Notes under the pieces: model-generated
Told to the model about the DNA's origin: nothing
Database searches by the model: none
What the model saw: the letters and a program-made list of their open reading frames with translations, nothing else
Shown: positions 9,164 through 20,063 of the stretch, piece by piece
How the letters are laid out: each line of letters opens with the position of its first letter
How positions within the stretch are numbered: the first letter of the stretch is position 1
Sequence record: KX231829.1
Length of the DNA stretch: 41,760 bases
From: Enterobacter phage Tyrion
Reading direction: 5' to 3' (one strand)
Made by a program: the position numbers and the translations under genes

Positions 9164-9768
9164 TGGCTTCTGTTGTCGAGATCTGCAACCGCGCGCTGTC
9201 GAATATCGGCAACAGCCGCAGCATTAACAGCCTGACGGAAGCCAGCAAAGAGGCGGGGGAGTGCTCCCTGCATTTCGATGCTTGCCGCGATTCTGTTCTG
9301 TCAGACTTTGACTGGAACTTTGCCACCAAACGCCTGGCGCTTGCCGATACGAATAACCCGCCGCCTGACTGGGCGTATGCGTACCAGTATCCGTCTGATT
9401 GTCTGCGCATCACTGAAATCATGCTTCCCGGTGTGCGAAACCCAACTTCTGCAATGCGTGTTCAGTATGAAGTGGGTGCAGATGCAGACGGCACAGGGAA
9501 ACTGATTTACACAGACCAGGCGCAGGCATGGCTCAAATATGTAACGCGCATTACTGACGTGAATATGTTCGATTCCATTTTCATGGAGGCGCTGGCGTGG
9601 CGTCTGGCGGCCGCCATCAACATGGCGCTGACCGGCAATGCTGATCTCGGCACATTTGCCCTCAACATGTACAACCGCGTGATCCTTAGCGCTGGCTCCC
9701 ATAGCCAGAACGAATCACAGGAGCCGCAGCCGCCAGTGGATGAATTTACTGTAGCGAGGTTGTCCTGA
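9160..9768 (+). CDS. Tail tubular protein A-like (gp11-like adaptor)
   Basis: 202 aa. Size, position and pattern resemble T7 gp11 (WNFATKR / GWTFN region). Confidence 0.65.
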   Translation: MMASVVEICNRALSNIGNSRSINSLTEASKEAGECSLHFDACRDSVLSDFDWNFATKRLALADTNNPPPDWAYAYQYPSDCLRITEIMLPGVRNPTSAMRVQYEVGADADGTGKLIYTDQAQAWLKYVTRITDVNMFDSIFMEALAWRLAAAINMALTGNADLGTFALNMYNRVILSAGSHSQNESQEPQPPVDEFTVARLS

Positions 9769-12227
9769 TGGCTATCAGTTGGATCCAGCCCAGCTTTGCC
9801 GGTGGCGAAATTGGCCCGTCGCTGTACGGGCGTATCGACATGGCGAAATACCAGGTGGCATTGCGCAAATGCGATAACTTTATCGTGCGTCAGTATGGCG
9901 GCGTGGAGAATCGCCCGGGGACGCGTTTTGTCGGTGCCGCAAAATATGCTAACCGCAAATGCCGACTGATCCCGTTCCAGTTCTCTACTGTTCAGACCTA
10001 TGCGCTGGAGTTCGGTCACCAGTACATGCGCGTTATCAAAGATGGCGCGCTGGTGCTGAACAGCAGCAACGTTATTTATGAGATCGCTACGCCATACGCT
10101 GAAGCCGATCTCTTTCGCATCAAGTTCACCCAGAGCGCTGACGTTCTGACGCTGGTACACCCGTCTTACCCTCCAAAAGAATTGCGCCGCTACGCTCATG
10201 ACAACTGGCAACTCGTCGATGTAACGACGAAGAATGGTCCGTTTGAAGATATCAACGTTGATGAGTCTGTAACTGTGTATGCCAGTGCCAGCACCGGGAC
10301 AATAACGCTGACGGCGAGCTCTGCTATCTTCGGCGCTGAGCAGGTGGGGAAATTATTCTACCTTGAGCAGCCAGCGGTTGATTCAGTTCCGGTATGGGAA
10401 ACTGATAAGACAACTGCAATTAATGATATTCGCCGCGCTGACAGCAACTACTATCGTGCGAACACTGCCGGTAAAACCGGGACACTTCGACCATCTCACA
10501 CTGAAGGTATGGCGTGGGATGGGTGGGGAGGTGATACAGGTATCCAGTGGGAATACCTGCATAGTGGTTTTGGTATCGTCCGCATTACGGCCGCCAGCGG
10601 AACAACGGCAACAGCCACGGTACTTTATTACATTCCATCACAAGTAGTTGGATCCGCTAATGCCAGCTACAAGTGGGCAAAGTACGCATGGAACAGCGTT
10701 AACGGCTACCCTGGCACTGTCGTCTATTATCAGCAGCGTCTGTATTTCGCTGCCTCGACAGCATTCCCGCAGACAATCTGGGCGAGTCGTACCGGTGACT
10801 ATAAAGACTTCGGCAAGAGCAATCCGACGCAGGACGATGACCGGATCATTTACACCTATGCCGGTCGTCAGGTTAACGAGATCCGCCACCTTATTGATAT
10901 TGGTACGTTGGTGGCGCTGACATCTGGTGGCGAGTACGTCATTACCGGCGATCAGAATAAAGTGCTTACTCCGTCTGCATTCGCTTTCAGTTCTCAGGGT
11001 TCCAACGGTTGCAGCAACGTACCTCCCATCGCCGTTGCTAACATCGCTCTGTTTGTCCAGGAAAAGGGCAGCGTGGTCCGTGATCTCGCCTATTCATTTG
11101 ATGTCGACGGATATCAGGGTAATGACCTGACCATTCTGGCTAACCATCTTTTCCAGAAACGCAGCATTGTTGACTGGTGTTTCTCTATCGTTCCGTACTC
11201 CAGCGCCTTTTGCATTCGTGATGATGGAAAGTTGCTGGTGATGACCTATCTGCGTGATCAGCAGGTGTTTGCATGGGCGCCACAGTCCAGCGCCGGGAAA
11301 TACGAAAGCACATGCAGCATCAGTGAAGGGAATGAAGATGCGGTGTATTTCATCGTCAACCGCACAATCAACGGTCAGGTAGTCAGATACATCGAGCGAC
11401 TTTCGAGTCGCATGTTTACCAACGATGAAGATGCGTTCTTTGTTGATTCAGGGCTGAGTTATGACGGGCGTAACACTTCAACCAGGACAATGACCATCAG
11501 CGGCGGTTCCGGCGACTGGAGCTATAAGGTTGATTACCCGGTTACGGTGACCGGTGGATCCTATTTCTCCAGCGGTGACATTGGTGCACAGATTCAATTC
11601 CCGTATACCGGAACAGACCCTGACAATGGCGAAAGCGTTGCCAAAGAGCTTCGCGGTGACATCGTTTCTGTAACCAGTAACACGGCGGTTGTCGTGCGTT
11701 TTAATCGCGATGTGCCGACCGTTCTTCGAAACGTAGCAACTACCAACTGGCAGATGGCGCGACAGACGTTTGGCGGCCTGTCTCATCTTGAAGGCCAGAA
11801 AGTGAATATTCTTTCTGATGCCAACGTAGAACCACAGAAAGTGGTTTCAGGCGGATCTGTGACGCTGGAATCTCCTGGCGCTGTTGTTCACATCGGACTG
11901 CCAATCACAGCCGAATTTGAAACGCTGGACATCAATATCAACGGGCAGGAAACGCTTCTTGATAAGAAACAGGTGATCCCTGCCGTAACGCTGGTGGTTA
12001 ATGCCAGCCGCGGCATATGGGCTACCACACCAGGCGGGAAGTGGTACGAGTATCCGCAGCGTGAATTCGAGTTTTACGACGATCCTGTTGATGATGCCAC
12101 CGGGAAAGTGGAAGTGAAACTCGACAGCAACTGGGACAAAAACGGACGTGTAAAAATCCGTCAACTTGACCCACTGCCGCTTTCCGTCCTTGCTGTTATT
12201 CCTCGCCTGACTGTGGGGGGATTCTGA
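9768..12227 (+). CDS. Tail tubular protein B-like (gp12-like nozzle)
   Basis: 819 aa, coupled to the upstream gene. Size and position match T7 gp12. Confidence 0.7.
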   Translation: MAISWIQPSFAGGEIGPSLYGRIDMAKYQVALRKCDNFIVRQYGGVENRPGTRFVGAAKYANRKCRLIPFQFSTVQTYALEFGHQYMRVIKDGALVLNSSNVIYEIATPYAEADLFRIKFTQSADVLTLVHPSYPPKELRRYAHDNWQLVDVTTKNGPFEDINVDESVTVYASASTGTITLTASSAIFGAEQVGKLFYLEQPAVDSVPVWETDKTTAINDIRRADSNYYRANTAGKTGTLRPSHTEGMAWDGWGGDTGIQWEYLHSGFGIVRITAASGTTATATVLYYIPSQVVGSANASYKWAKYAWNSVNGYPGTVVYYQQRLYFAASTAFPQTIWASRTGDYKDFGKSNPTQDDDRIIYTYAGRQVNEIRHLIDIGTLVALTSGGEYVITGDQNKVLTPSAFAFSSQGSNGCSNVPPIAVANIALFVQEKGSVVRDLAYSFDVDGYQGNDLTILANHLFQKRSIVDWCFSIVPYSSAFCIRDDGKLLVMTYLRDQQVFAWAPQSSAGKYESTCSISEGNEDAVYFIVNRTINGQVVRYIERLSSRMFTNDEDAFFVDSGLSYDGRNTSTRTMTISGGSGDWSYKVDYPVTVTGGSYFSSGDIGAQIQFPYTGTDPDNGESVAKELRGDIVSVTSNTAVVVRFNRDVPTVLRNVATTNWQMARQTFGGLSHLEGQKVNILSDANVEPQKVVSGGSVTLESPGAVVHIGLPITAEFETLDININGQETLLDKKQVIPAVTLVVNASRGIWATTPGGKWYEYPQREFEFYDDPVDDATGKVEVKLDSNWDKNGRVKIRQLDPLPLSVLAVIPRLTVGGF

Positions 12228-12691
12228 TGATCGACGTGCAATTACTCCCGGCAACCGAAGAACACCTGCAAATGATTCTGCCCAACGTGCGTCAGGCTGA
12301 TATTGATGAACTGTATGCGGTATCGCTGATGACCACTGAAGCGGCTCTGCGCGTAGGTCTACGCACGGCAACAATGGCCTGGTCTGGCTTTGCTAACGGT
12401 GAACTTGTCACCATGTTCGGAGTGTCTCCTGCTTCCATGATCGGCGGAAATGGCATCCCCTGGCTGGTCAGTACGCATCTTGTAGAAAAGTATCAGAAGA
12501 CATTTCTCCGCCGTAGCCGTTACGCATTGCAGGACATGTTGGCGGTTTATCCGAGCCTGGAAAACTATGTAGACGAACGAAACCACGTAGCGAAGGCATG
12601 GCTGCACTGGCTCGGCTTCCGGCTTGAAGATGCTGCGCCGTATGGCGCGCTTGGCCTTAATTTCCACCGATTCCATATGGAGAGAAAATAA
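12227..12691 (+). CDS. Internal virion protein (gp13-like position)
   Basis: 154 aa, coupled via TGATGA. Confidence 0.5.
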   Translation: MIDVQLLPATEEHLQMILPNVRQADIDELYAVSLMTTEAALRVGLRTATMAWSGFANGELVTMFGVSPASMIGGNGIPWLVSTHLVEKYQKTFLRRSRYALQDMLAVYPSLENYVDERNHVAKAWLHWLGFRLEDAAPYGALGLNFHRFHMERK

Positions 12692-13260
12692 TGTGCAACC
12701 CGGCAATAGCACTCGTCGCTGTAACAGTGGCATCAGCCGCCGCCAGCGCATACAGCCAGAATCAACAGTCAAAGTATCAGTCAGCAGTGGCAGATCAGAA
12801 CGCTGATATTGCTGAATCACAGGCGCAGGATGCAATCAACCGTGGGAATATTGAAGCTGATCAGCGCCGCCGGGAAATGCGGCAGCGTGCCGGTACTGCT
12901 GCAGCAACTATGGGCGCTACTGGTGCTGAGCTGAGCAGCGGTACCGCGCTGGATGTGTTTGCTGATAATGCGCAGTTCGGAACGCTGGATTCTCTCACCA
13001 CTGTTAATAACGCTCAGCGTGAGGCATACGGCTATCAGGTGCAGGGAATGAATGCGCAGGCACAAGGTGCCGCCGCTCAGTCAGCAGGACAATCGGCAAT
13101 GACACAGACCCTGTTAACTGCTCCACTGAAAGCATACGGGGCGTATCAAATGGGTGGTGGCGGTAGTATCAACCCGTTCAGCAAGTCAGGAACCACGCCG
13201 ATGTTATCGAATAGCAGTTTCCTTAATTCAGATGCACGATTCAAAATTGGGGGTTACTGA
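12691..13260 (+). CDS. Internal virion protein with N-terminal TM helix (gp14-like position)
   Basis: 189 aa. N-terminal AIALVAVTVASAAASA is a hydrophobic helix. Gln/Ala-rich. Confidence 0.5.
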   Translation: MCNPAIALVAVTVASAAASAYSQNQQSKYQSAVADQNADIAESQAQDAINRGNIEADQRRREMRQRAGTAAATMGATGAELSSGTALDVFADNAQFGTLDSLTTVNNAQREAYGYQVQGMNAQAQGAAAQSAGQSAMTQTLLTAPLKAYGAYQMGGGGSINPFSKSGTTPMLSNSSFLNSDARFKIGGY

Positions 13261-15773
13261 TGCCTGTAGTTCCTACAACATCCGGTCGCCAGGTGCAAAG
13301 CCGAGGTGTGCAAACTGGTGGATTTCAGACTTTCGACGTTCCTCAGACTGGTCAGGTGCTGGCGAATGTCGCAGATCAGTATGCCGGTGTTTTCGCACAG
13401 GCCAAACAACGCGCCAATGTAGCGATGGCTCAGGATGCGTCATTGAGTCTGAGCCAGATAAGCAGTGATCTCCTGAATAATCCTGAAACTGGTCTGCTCA
13501 ACCTGAAGGGGAAAAATGCGATCGGCAAGGGACAGGAGTATACGCAGCAATTTGATTCGCAGGTCGAACAACTGGCGATGACGCTTCCGGATGAGCAATC
13601 ACGTAGCGCCTTCATGCAGCAGGCGCAACAATATCGGGTGCAGTTCACTACGCAGGCCGGGCGTCATGAGATCGGGCAAATCAATGCGTATGAAGAAGGC
13701 CAGTTCCAGGCGACTCTGCTGAATAACGGAAAGAATGCCGCTGCAATGTACGGTGACAATGCCGCGTATGTATCTGCGAACCAGCAAACTTTTCAGCAGA
13801 TCGATGAATATGGCGCCGCGCATGGCTGGAGTGATGAGCAGATTCAGGCCAAGAAAGTCGAGTTCAAAGAAAAGGTAGCAGATTCTGCCCTGTCTCAGTG
13901 GTCAGCCAATAATGCGACAGCATTTATCCAGAGCAACGGCGAGTTAAGCGATACAGTTGCGGGTTCGCGCCGGGCAATATCTGATGGCGGTGCCGCTGGT
14001 GGTGTTCGCGGTGTTCGCAACAATAACCCCGGAAACCTCGAGTACAGCAAAAGCAATCCGTGGGTAGGCCAGACTGGTGATGATGGGCGCTTTGCCAAAT
14101 TTGAAACGCCAGAGCATGGCATTCGTGCGCTGGGCCGCAACCTGATGTCATACCAGCGTCAGGGTATTGATACCGTCAGCGAGATCATTAATCGCTGGGC
14201 ACCGCCGGCTGACAACAATGACACAACCGCCTATATCAAAGCGGTATGCGAGCAGCTTGGCGTTTCTGCGGATGAGCCTCTTGATTCGTCTAACCCTGAT
14301 ACCCTGAAGGCACTTTGCGCTGCGATCATTCATCATGAGAACGGTAGTCAGCCATATAGCGATGAGCAGTTAACCAGCGGCGTCAGCGCGGCGCTTGGAC
14401 TGTCATCCATTCCAACTAACACCAAACGCTACACCGGCAACGCGGCATTCGATGCGGCATCACCAGAAGCGCAGGCCACCTTCATGCGGCAGGCAGATCA
14501 GATGCGTCGTCAGCAGCAGGCAGAGTATAAAACGACGATTGACAGTCAGGTACGAGATGCAACAGCGGCATATATGCGCGGTGTTGAGTTTCCTGACCCG
14601 CCGGATGAGGCTGCTTTCATGGCTGCTTATGGCGTCCGTGAGGGTAACATTCGGTACACCGAATTTAAAAACACGCAGATTGCCGGACAGTACATCGGCT
14701 CGTTCCGCAATATGCCGACCAGCAGCATCACCGCATACGTCGATCAGTTGCGTCCAGATACCGGTGAAACTGGCGAAGGATACGCGTCACGCGCCGCGCT
14801 TTATGACAATGTGGTTACCGCGGCAAATCAGGTAATAAAACAGCGGCAGGCTGACCCTGTACAGTTCTCGCTGGCCGCCGGGCAGACGAAACCGATCGAC
14901 ATGAATAACCAGGCAAACTTCGGTCAGAGTATCGCGTTGCGTGCTGCACAGGTTAATGATCTGGCAAAAGCATACGGCACGCCGCTGACGTTTTTCTCTA
15001 AAGAAGAAGCGAATCAGATCGGAACTTTCTTCCGTGATGCTCCAGTCTCTCAACAGTCTGCGTACTTGGACACCATCCGGCAGAGCACCGGCGGCGGTCA
15101 GGTGTACATGTCAGCACTCCAACAGATTAGCGCCAATGCACCATCTGCTGCCGTTGCCGGGATCCTGATGGATAAACCAGGCGGAGTGGTTGCAGAGAAA
15201 AACTGGTTCAATCCTGATGTATCGGTATCACCAGAAACAGCAGCGCAAACCATTCTGTCCGGTGCCGCAGCGCGAAAAGGAACTGATGATGCTAAGGGTA
15301 TCGCAATGCCGAAAGATACCGATCTGCGCCTCGAGTTCTCTGACATGGTGAAGGACGCATTTGCCGGTGACGCGCAGGGCGCATCGATGGCCTATGAGAT
15401 CGCAAAAGACTATTACGCCGGGGTGATGGCGAAGAAGGGCGTAGTGTCGGGTGAAATTGACAGTGACACCTGGAAGCAGGCTGTTAACGTAGCTACTGGC
15501 GGCGTGCACGATTATAACGGAATGGGAAATGTCCTGCTGCCGTGGGGCATGTCATCAGAGCAATTCGATAAACAGGTTGATCAGGCATGGAAAGCGCAGG
15601 TTACTGGCGCAGGAATAAAAGCACCGCCAGGCCAGTACGGTCTGCAAAGCTACGGTGACAGCCAGTACCTGGTGAAACTCGGTACCGGTTATCTGTTGAA
15701 AGATGACGGTACGCCTGTCGTTATCGATCTCACACAGCAGCGTCAGCGCTTCTCCGGAGATATTCCACAATGA
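13260..15773 (+). CDS. Internal core/ejection protein, possible cell-wall hydrolase-like motif
   Basis: 837 aa. Motif RNNNPGNLEY...GIRALGRNLMSYQRQGIDTVSEIINRWAP resembles virion-associated peptidoglycan hydrolase domains (unverified). Confidence 0.65.
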   Translation: MPVVPTTSGRQVQSRGVQTGGFQTFDVPQTGQVLANVADQYAGVFAQAKQRANVAMAQDASLSLSQISSDLLNNPETGLLNLKGKNAIGKGQEYTQQFDSQVEQLAMTLPDEQSRSAFMQQAQQYRVQFTTQAGRHEIGQINAYEEGQFQATLLNNGKNAAAMYGDNAAYVSANQQTFQQIDEYGAAHGWSDEQIQAKKVEFKEKVADSALSQWSANNATAFIQSNGELSDTVAGSRRAISDGGAAGGVRGVRNNNPGNLEYSKSNPWVGQTGDDGRFAKFETPEHGIRALGRNLMSYQRQGIDTVSEIINRWAPPADNNDTTAYIKAVCEQLGVSADEPLDSSNPDTLKALCAAIIHHENGSQPYSDEQLTSGVSAALGLSSIPTNTKRYTGNAAFDAASPEAQATFMRQADQMRRQQQAEYKTTIDSQVRDATAAYMRGVEFPDPPDEAAFMAAYGVREGNIRYTEFKNTQIAGQYIGSFRNMPTSSITAYVDQLRPDTGETGEGYASRAALYDNVVTAANQVIKQRQADPVQFSLAAGQTKPIDMNNQANFGQSIALRAAQVNDLAKAYGTPLTFFSKEEANQIGTFFRDAPVSQQSAYLDTIRQSTGGGQVYMSALQQISANAPSAAVAGILMDKPGGVVAEKNWFNPDVSVSPETAAQTILSGAAARKGTDDAKGIAMPKDTDLRLEFSDMVKDAFAGDAQGASMAYEIAKDYYAGVMAKKGVVSGEIDSDTWKQAVNVATGGVHDYNGMGNVLLPWGMSSEQFDKQVDQAWKAQVTGAGIKAPPGQYGLQSYGDSQYLVKLGTGYLLKDDGTPVVIDLTQQRQRFSGDIPQ

Positions 15774-17572
15774 GTTACTTCGGCCTTAACCCGGTAAACC
15801 AGAACCAGCAACTTGATGAAGCTGCTTCAAATCCTGCTGGCTTTAACAGTGATGTTGGGTTCTTTGATAATACTGTCGGCGCGGCGGCGTCCGGTCTTTA
15901 TTCCGGCCTGGTGGCAAAACCTGATCAGTTGCTGTGGGCAGGGATGGATAAAATCGTATCCCCGATTGCTCAGTTTGTTAACGAAAACACCTCGTTCAAT
16001 GACACTTCAGTTTCATACATTGCCGAGCAGCGAAAACTCGCAGAGCAGCAGGTAAAGCGGCTGACGCCTGATTCCGCGACAACCGGCACAGCCGGGCAGG
16101 TTCTTTATGGGCTGTTCGATATGGGTGGGCAGGCTGTTGTTGGTACAACGCTCGGTGGTCCTGTCGGCGGCGCGGCGGCCGTTACTTCTCTACAGGGGTT
16201 TTCTGAATTTGAACGGCTGACAGCACAGGGTGTTGATTTCAGGACGGCGCAGGAAGCGGGATTAGTGCAGGGCATCACTGCAGGTGCCGGAACGCTGATC
16301 CCGATGAGTCTCGGGTTACGTGCTGGTGGTGCGCTGGCGGAAGGTGTTGGCGCGCAACTGGCAAGAACCGGAGAAAGTGCAGTACGCAGCGCAGCGGCGA
16401 CAGCAGTACGCGCAGCACCTGACATTGCCTACGCAGCAGGGACTAACATTGCGTTTGGCATGGCGCAGCGTGGGCTGACTGCAAAGACTCTGCGTGATGG
16501 CGGCTATAACGAAATGGCGAACCAGTACGATGTTTTTGATCGGCAGGCTATCGCCATTGATGCTGTGCTTGGCGTGGCGTTCGGCGGTGTCGGCAGGTTC
16601 ATAAACTCTCGAGGTGAAGCCGCCAGTGTGCCGGAATTTTCACCTGCTGATGTCGATGCGGCGCTGGCGGCAAATGCAGCCCATCATGCTGAGATTGATA
16701 TTGCTCCAGGCGTGCCGGTTAACGTTCTTTCGCGTGATGCGCATATTCAGGCACTGCAAAAAGCAATGTCTGATGTCAGCCAGGGTAGGGCGGTTGATGT
16801 GGCAAGCATTGCGGAACCGGCTTCATTCACTGAAATTCCAGGGCGCAGAAACCTGATTTCTCAGGCGATCGATGAAACCCTGTATCGCACAGATGAAGGT
16901 AGCACTCAGGTTGCAGTTGATACCAGGGCGCTTGAGCAGCAGGCTGCACAGGCTTTAGACGTTGAGCAGGTTAATCAGTTGCAGACTGATATCGCCGGTA
17001 TTGAGCGATCCATTGAAACACTCAACCAGGAGCGATCAGGAGTCCTGAACGAACAACCTTCAGGCAGCGGACGTGAATTATCGCGTGCACGCGCAGCGCG
17101 TCAGGAAAGGCTGCGTGATATTGACCAGCGAATCAATGACGAGTCGGTCAGACTACAGACGGCAAAGGATAATCTGGCGGCGAATGTTGAGGGAGGGGTT
17201 AACTTTGAAGCGCGGGCGGAATTAGCCAGACGCCAGCAGGCAGAAAGCGATCTCAATGCTCAGGCTGTTTCATTCTACAAAACGGCAGAGGTCCGGACTC
17301 CTGACGAGGCTGCACCTTTTGAACCTGGTGCTGTATTGCGGCAGGTAGAGCAAAGGCCAACAGCGGATCAGGCCGGAGATATGGATCTGCGTATCGCTGA
17401 AGACTCACTGGTTGAATCACCTGACATGATGATCACCGTTCTCGATGATGACGGAAACCCGCAGTCGCGCAGTGCTCGGGAAGTGCTGGACGAAGCGAGC
17501 AGAGAGAATGAGCAGGCAATACAGGATTCCAGCCTTTTTGACGTAGCTGTAGCGTGTTTCTTGAGAGGATAA
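15770..17572 (+). CDS. Internal core/ejection protein
   Basis: 600 aa, Ala/Gly-rich with coiled-coil regions. Coupled to its neighbours. Confidence 0.65.
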   Translation: MSYFGLNPVNQNQQLDEAASNPAGFNSDVGFFDNTVGAAASGLYSGLVAKPDQLLWAGMDKIVSPIAQFVNENTSFNDTSVSYIAEQRKLAEQQVKRLTPDSATTGTAGQVLYGLFDMGGQAVVGTTLGGPVGGAAAVTSLQGFSEFERLTAQGVDFRTAQEAGLVQGITAGAGTLIPMSLGLRAGGALAEGVGAQLARTGESAVRSAAATAVRAAPDIAYAAGTNIAFGMAQRGLTAKTLRDGGYNEMANQYDVFDRQAIAIDAVLGVAFGGVGRFINSRGEAASVPEFSPADVDAALAANAAHHAEIDIAPGVPVNVLSRDAHIQALQKAMSDVSQGRAVDVASIAEPASFTEIPGRRNLISQAIDETLYRTDEGSTQVAVDTRALEQQAAQALDVEQVNQLQTDIAGIERSIETLNQERSGVLNEQPSGSGRELSRARAARQERLRDIDQRINDESVRLQTAKDNLAANVEGGVNFEARAELARRQQAESDLNAQAVSFYKTAEVRTPDEAAPFEPGAVLRQVEQRPTADQAGDMDLRIAEDSLVESPDMMITVLDDDGNPQSRSAREVLDEASRENEQAIQDSSLFDVAVACFLRG

Positions 17573-17576
17573 TTGA

Positions 17577-20051
17577 ATGAGACAGGAATGTATTCAGGCC
17601 GTGCAACAGGCCGCACAGCGCACTCTTACAGCCCGAGAAATACAGAATATCGAAGACCGCATTTACCGCAATATGCGATCTATCGCCCGTGACGATCCGA
17701 TGTCATGGCGTCAACTTAACGACGCTGAACGCCTGCGCCGCGCCGGGCAACTGGCGGCTGAAGAGTTGCAGCGAGAAGCGGCACTGAAAAAACGCCGTGT
17801 CGCGCTTACCATCGCAGCGCGTCAGCGCCTTGACAACTTCATTAACAGTTATCAGGGTGCTGACGGAAAGCTAGGCGCACTCAACCGCACGATCGCCTTC
17901 AGCGCCGACGGTAAATCAAACTTTCTGTCTGTTGAGTCTCGAACGAAAGCGACGCGTGATTACGCATTAAGCCAGTTGCAGGAAGCATTTGAAGCCGTTG
18001 ACCCTCGTTTCTTTGGCCTGTTTGAAGATGAAGCCGGCGTGCGCGATCTGGTGTTTGAGATGCGCGGGCAGAATACTGGCAATGCGAAGGCCAGAAAAGG
18101 GGCGAAAGCCTGGGGGGAGGTTACTGAACTGCTGCGCCGCCGCTTCAATGATGCCGGTGGCGATATCGGCTACCTGGAAAACTGGGGTATACCTCAGCAC
18201 CACTCGATGGAAAAGGTTGGTGCTGTATCGAAAGATAAATGGGTAAGCGATGTGATCGGCAAACTCGATCGCAAATATTACATCCGCGCCGACGGCCAGT
18301 TGATGAATGATACTGAGTTGTCATCTTTTCTCGGTGAAGCCTATAACACGATTGCCACAGGCGGCCTTAATAAACTCACTGATACCGGTATGCGTATTTC
18401 CGGTGCGCGGGCAAACCGTGGCAACGCGTCACGCCAGATCCACTTTAAAGACGCTGATTCATACCTTCAGTACCAGCAGATGTATGGCGACAGGTCACTC
18501 TGGGAAATCATGGTAGGGCACCTGGAAGGTATCAGCAAAGACATTGCGCTGGTGGAGACATACGGGCCAAACCCGGATCACGTGTTCCGATCTCTGCTTG
18601 ACCAGACGAAATCAGAGACAGCCACGGCTAACCCGCAGAACACAGGCAAAATAGAACGGCAGGCGAACAGCACAGAGAACCTGTACAACTTCATTTCTGG
18701 AAAGACGCAACCTGTAGCGAATCCGCACATCGCTCGCTGGTCTGACAATATCCGCAACTGGATGGTTGCCAGCCGTCTCGGTTCCGCGCTTCTGTCATCA
18801 TTCTCTGATCTCGGAACCATGTACCTGTCTGCGAAGGTTACCAACCTGCCAATGAACCAGTTATTTCGCAACCAGTTAGAGGCAATGAACCCCGCTAACC
18901 GCACGGAACTGGCGCGGGCACGCCGGGCTGGTCTGGCAATGGAATCACTACTTGGCAGCGTTAACCGCTGGGCGATGGATAATATGGGGCCATCTGTATC
19001 CCGCTGGGCGGCAACCGCTGTAATGCGCGCCAGCGGCCTGACGGCATGGTCAGATGCTCACAAGCGCGCCTATGGTGTCACCATGATGGGTAGCCTGGGG
19101 GAAGTTGTCACCATAACGCCTGACCTGAAAAGCCTGTCTAATGACGATTTTCGTATACTGAAAAGTAAGGGGATCACCGATACCGACTGGAGTGTGTGGA
19201 AGCTGGCGCAACAGGAGGACTGGGGGAAAGGAAACGATACGATGCTGACGCCGGAAAGCATCATGCGCATTCCTGATGCTGCTGTAGAGCATCTCGGATC
19301 GCCGGAGCGCGTGAAGTTCGAAGCGATGCGTAAGCTACTCGGAGCGGTTACCGAAGAAGTTGACATGGCTGTGATAACTCCGGGTGCGCGTGAGCAGATG
19401 GTTACTGGTTCAGGCATCCAGCGCGGGACATGGAAGGGAGAACTAACCCGTAGCGTATTCCTGTTTAAGTCTTTCCCGATCTCAGTTGTCATGCGTCACT
19501 GGTCGCGTGCAATGGGAATGCCGTCTGCCGGTGGGCGTGCGGCATACATCGCGACGTTTATCGCCAGTACAACCATTCTTGGCGCGCTGTCGCAGCAGTT
19601 AAACGATATGGCATCAGGCAGGAACCCGCGTGATATGACCGGTGATGATGCCGCAAAATTCTGGCTTGGTGCATTACTGAAAGGTGGTGGTCTTGGCCTG
19701 TATGGCGATTTCCTTCTGTCTGATCACACTAGGTACGGAAGTGGTGCGCTGGCGTCGATGCTTGGCCCGGTGGCTGGTCTTGTTGATGATGTCGTTAAGA
19801 TTGCCCAGGGTATCCCGCTTAATGCTGTAGAAGGAAAATACGAACAAACTGGCGGTGATCTGGTGAAACTTGGCAAAGGACTGACGCCTGGCGCGAATAT
19901 CTGGTATCTCAAAGCCGCCATAGATCACATGATCTTCAACCAGATGCAGGAGTATTTTTCTCCTGGCTATCTGCGTAAGATGGAACAACGTTCGAAGAAA
20001 GAATTTAACCAGACATACTGGTGGCGGCCGCAGGACACGCTACCGCAATAG
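17577..20051 (+). CDS. Internal core/ejection protein (large)
   Basis: 824 aa, the last gene of the injection-protein block. Confidence 0.65.
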   Translation: MRQECIQAVQQAAQRTLTAREIQNIEDRIYRNMRSIARDDPMSWRQLNDAERLRRAGQLAAEELQREAALKKRRVALTIAARQRLDNFINSYQGADGKLGALNRTIAFSADGKSNFLSVESRTKATRDYALSQLQEAFEAVDPRFFGLFEDEAGVRDLVFEMRGQNTGNAKARKGAKAWGEVTELLRRRFNDAGGDIGYLENWGIPQHHSMEKVGAVSKDKWVSDVIGKLDRKYYIRADGQLMNDTELSSFLGEAYNTIATGGLNKLTDTGMRISGARANRGNASRQIHFKDADSYLQYQQMYGDRSLWEIMVGHLEGISKDIALVETYGPNPDHVFRSLLDQTKSETATANPQNTGKIERQANSTENLYNFISGKTQPVANPHIARWSDNIRNWMVASRLGSALLSSFSDLGTMYLSAKVTNLPMNQLFRNQLEAMNPANRTELARARRAGLAMESLLGSVNRWAMDNMGPSVSRWAATAVMRASGLTAWSDAHKRAYGVTMMGSLGEVVTITPDLKSLSNDDFRILKSKGITDTDWSVWKLAQQEDWGKGNDTMLTPESIMRIPDAAVEHLGSPERVKFEAMRKLLGAVTEEVDMAVITPGAREQMVTGSGIQRGTWKGELTRSVFLFKSFPISVVMRHWSRAMGMPSAGGRAAYIATFIASTTILGALSQQLNDMASGRNPRDMTGDDAAKFWLGALLKGGGLGLYGDFLLSDHTRYGSGALASMLGPVAGLVDDVVKIAQGIPLNAVEGKYEQTGGDLVKLGKGLTPGANIWYLKAAIDHMIFNQMQEYFSPGYLRKMEQRSKKEFNQTYWWRPQDTLPQ

Positions 20052-20063
20052 AAGGGAGTTGGT

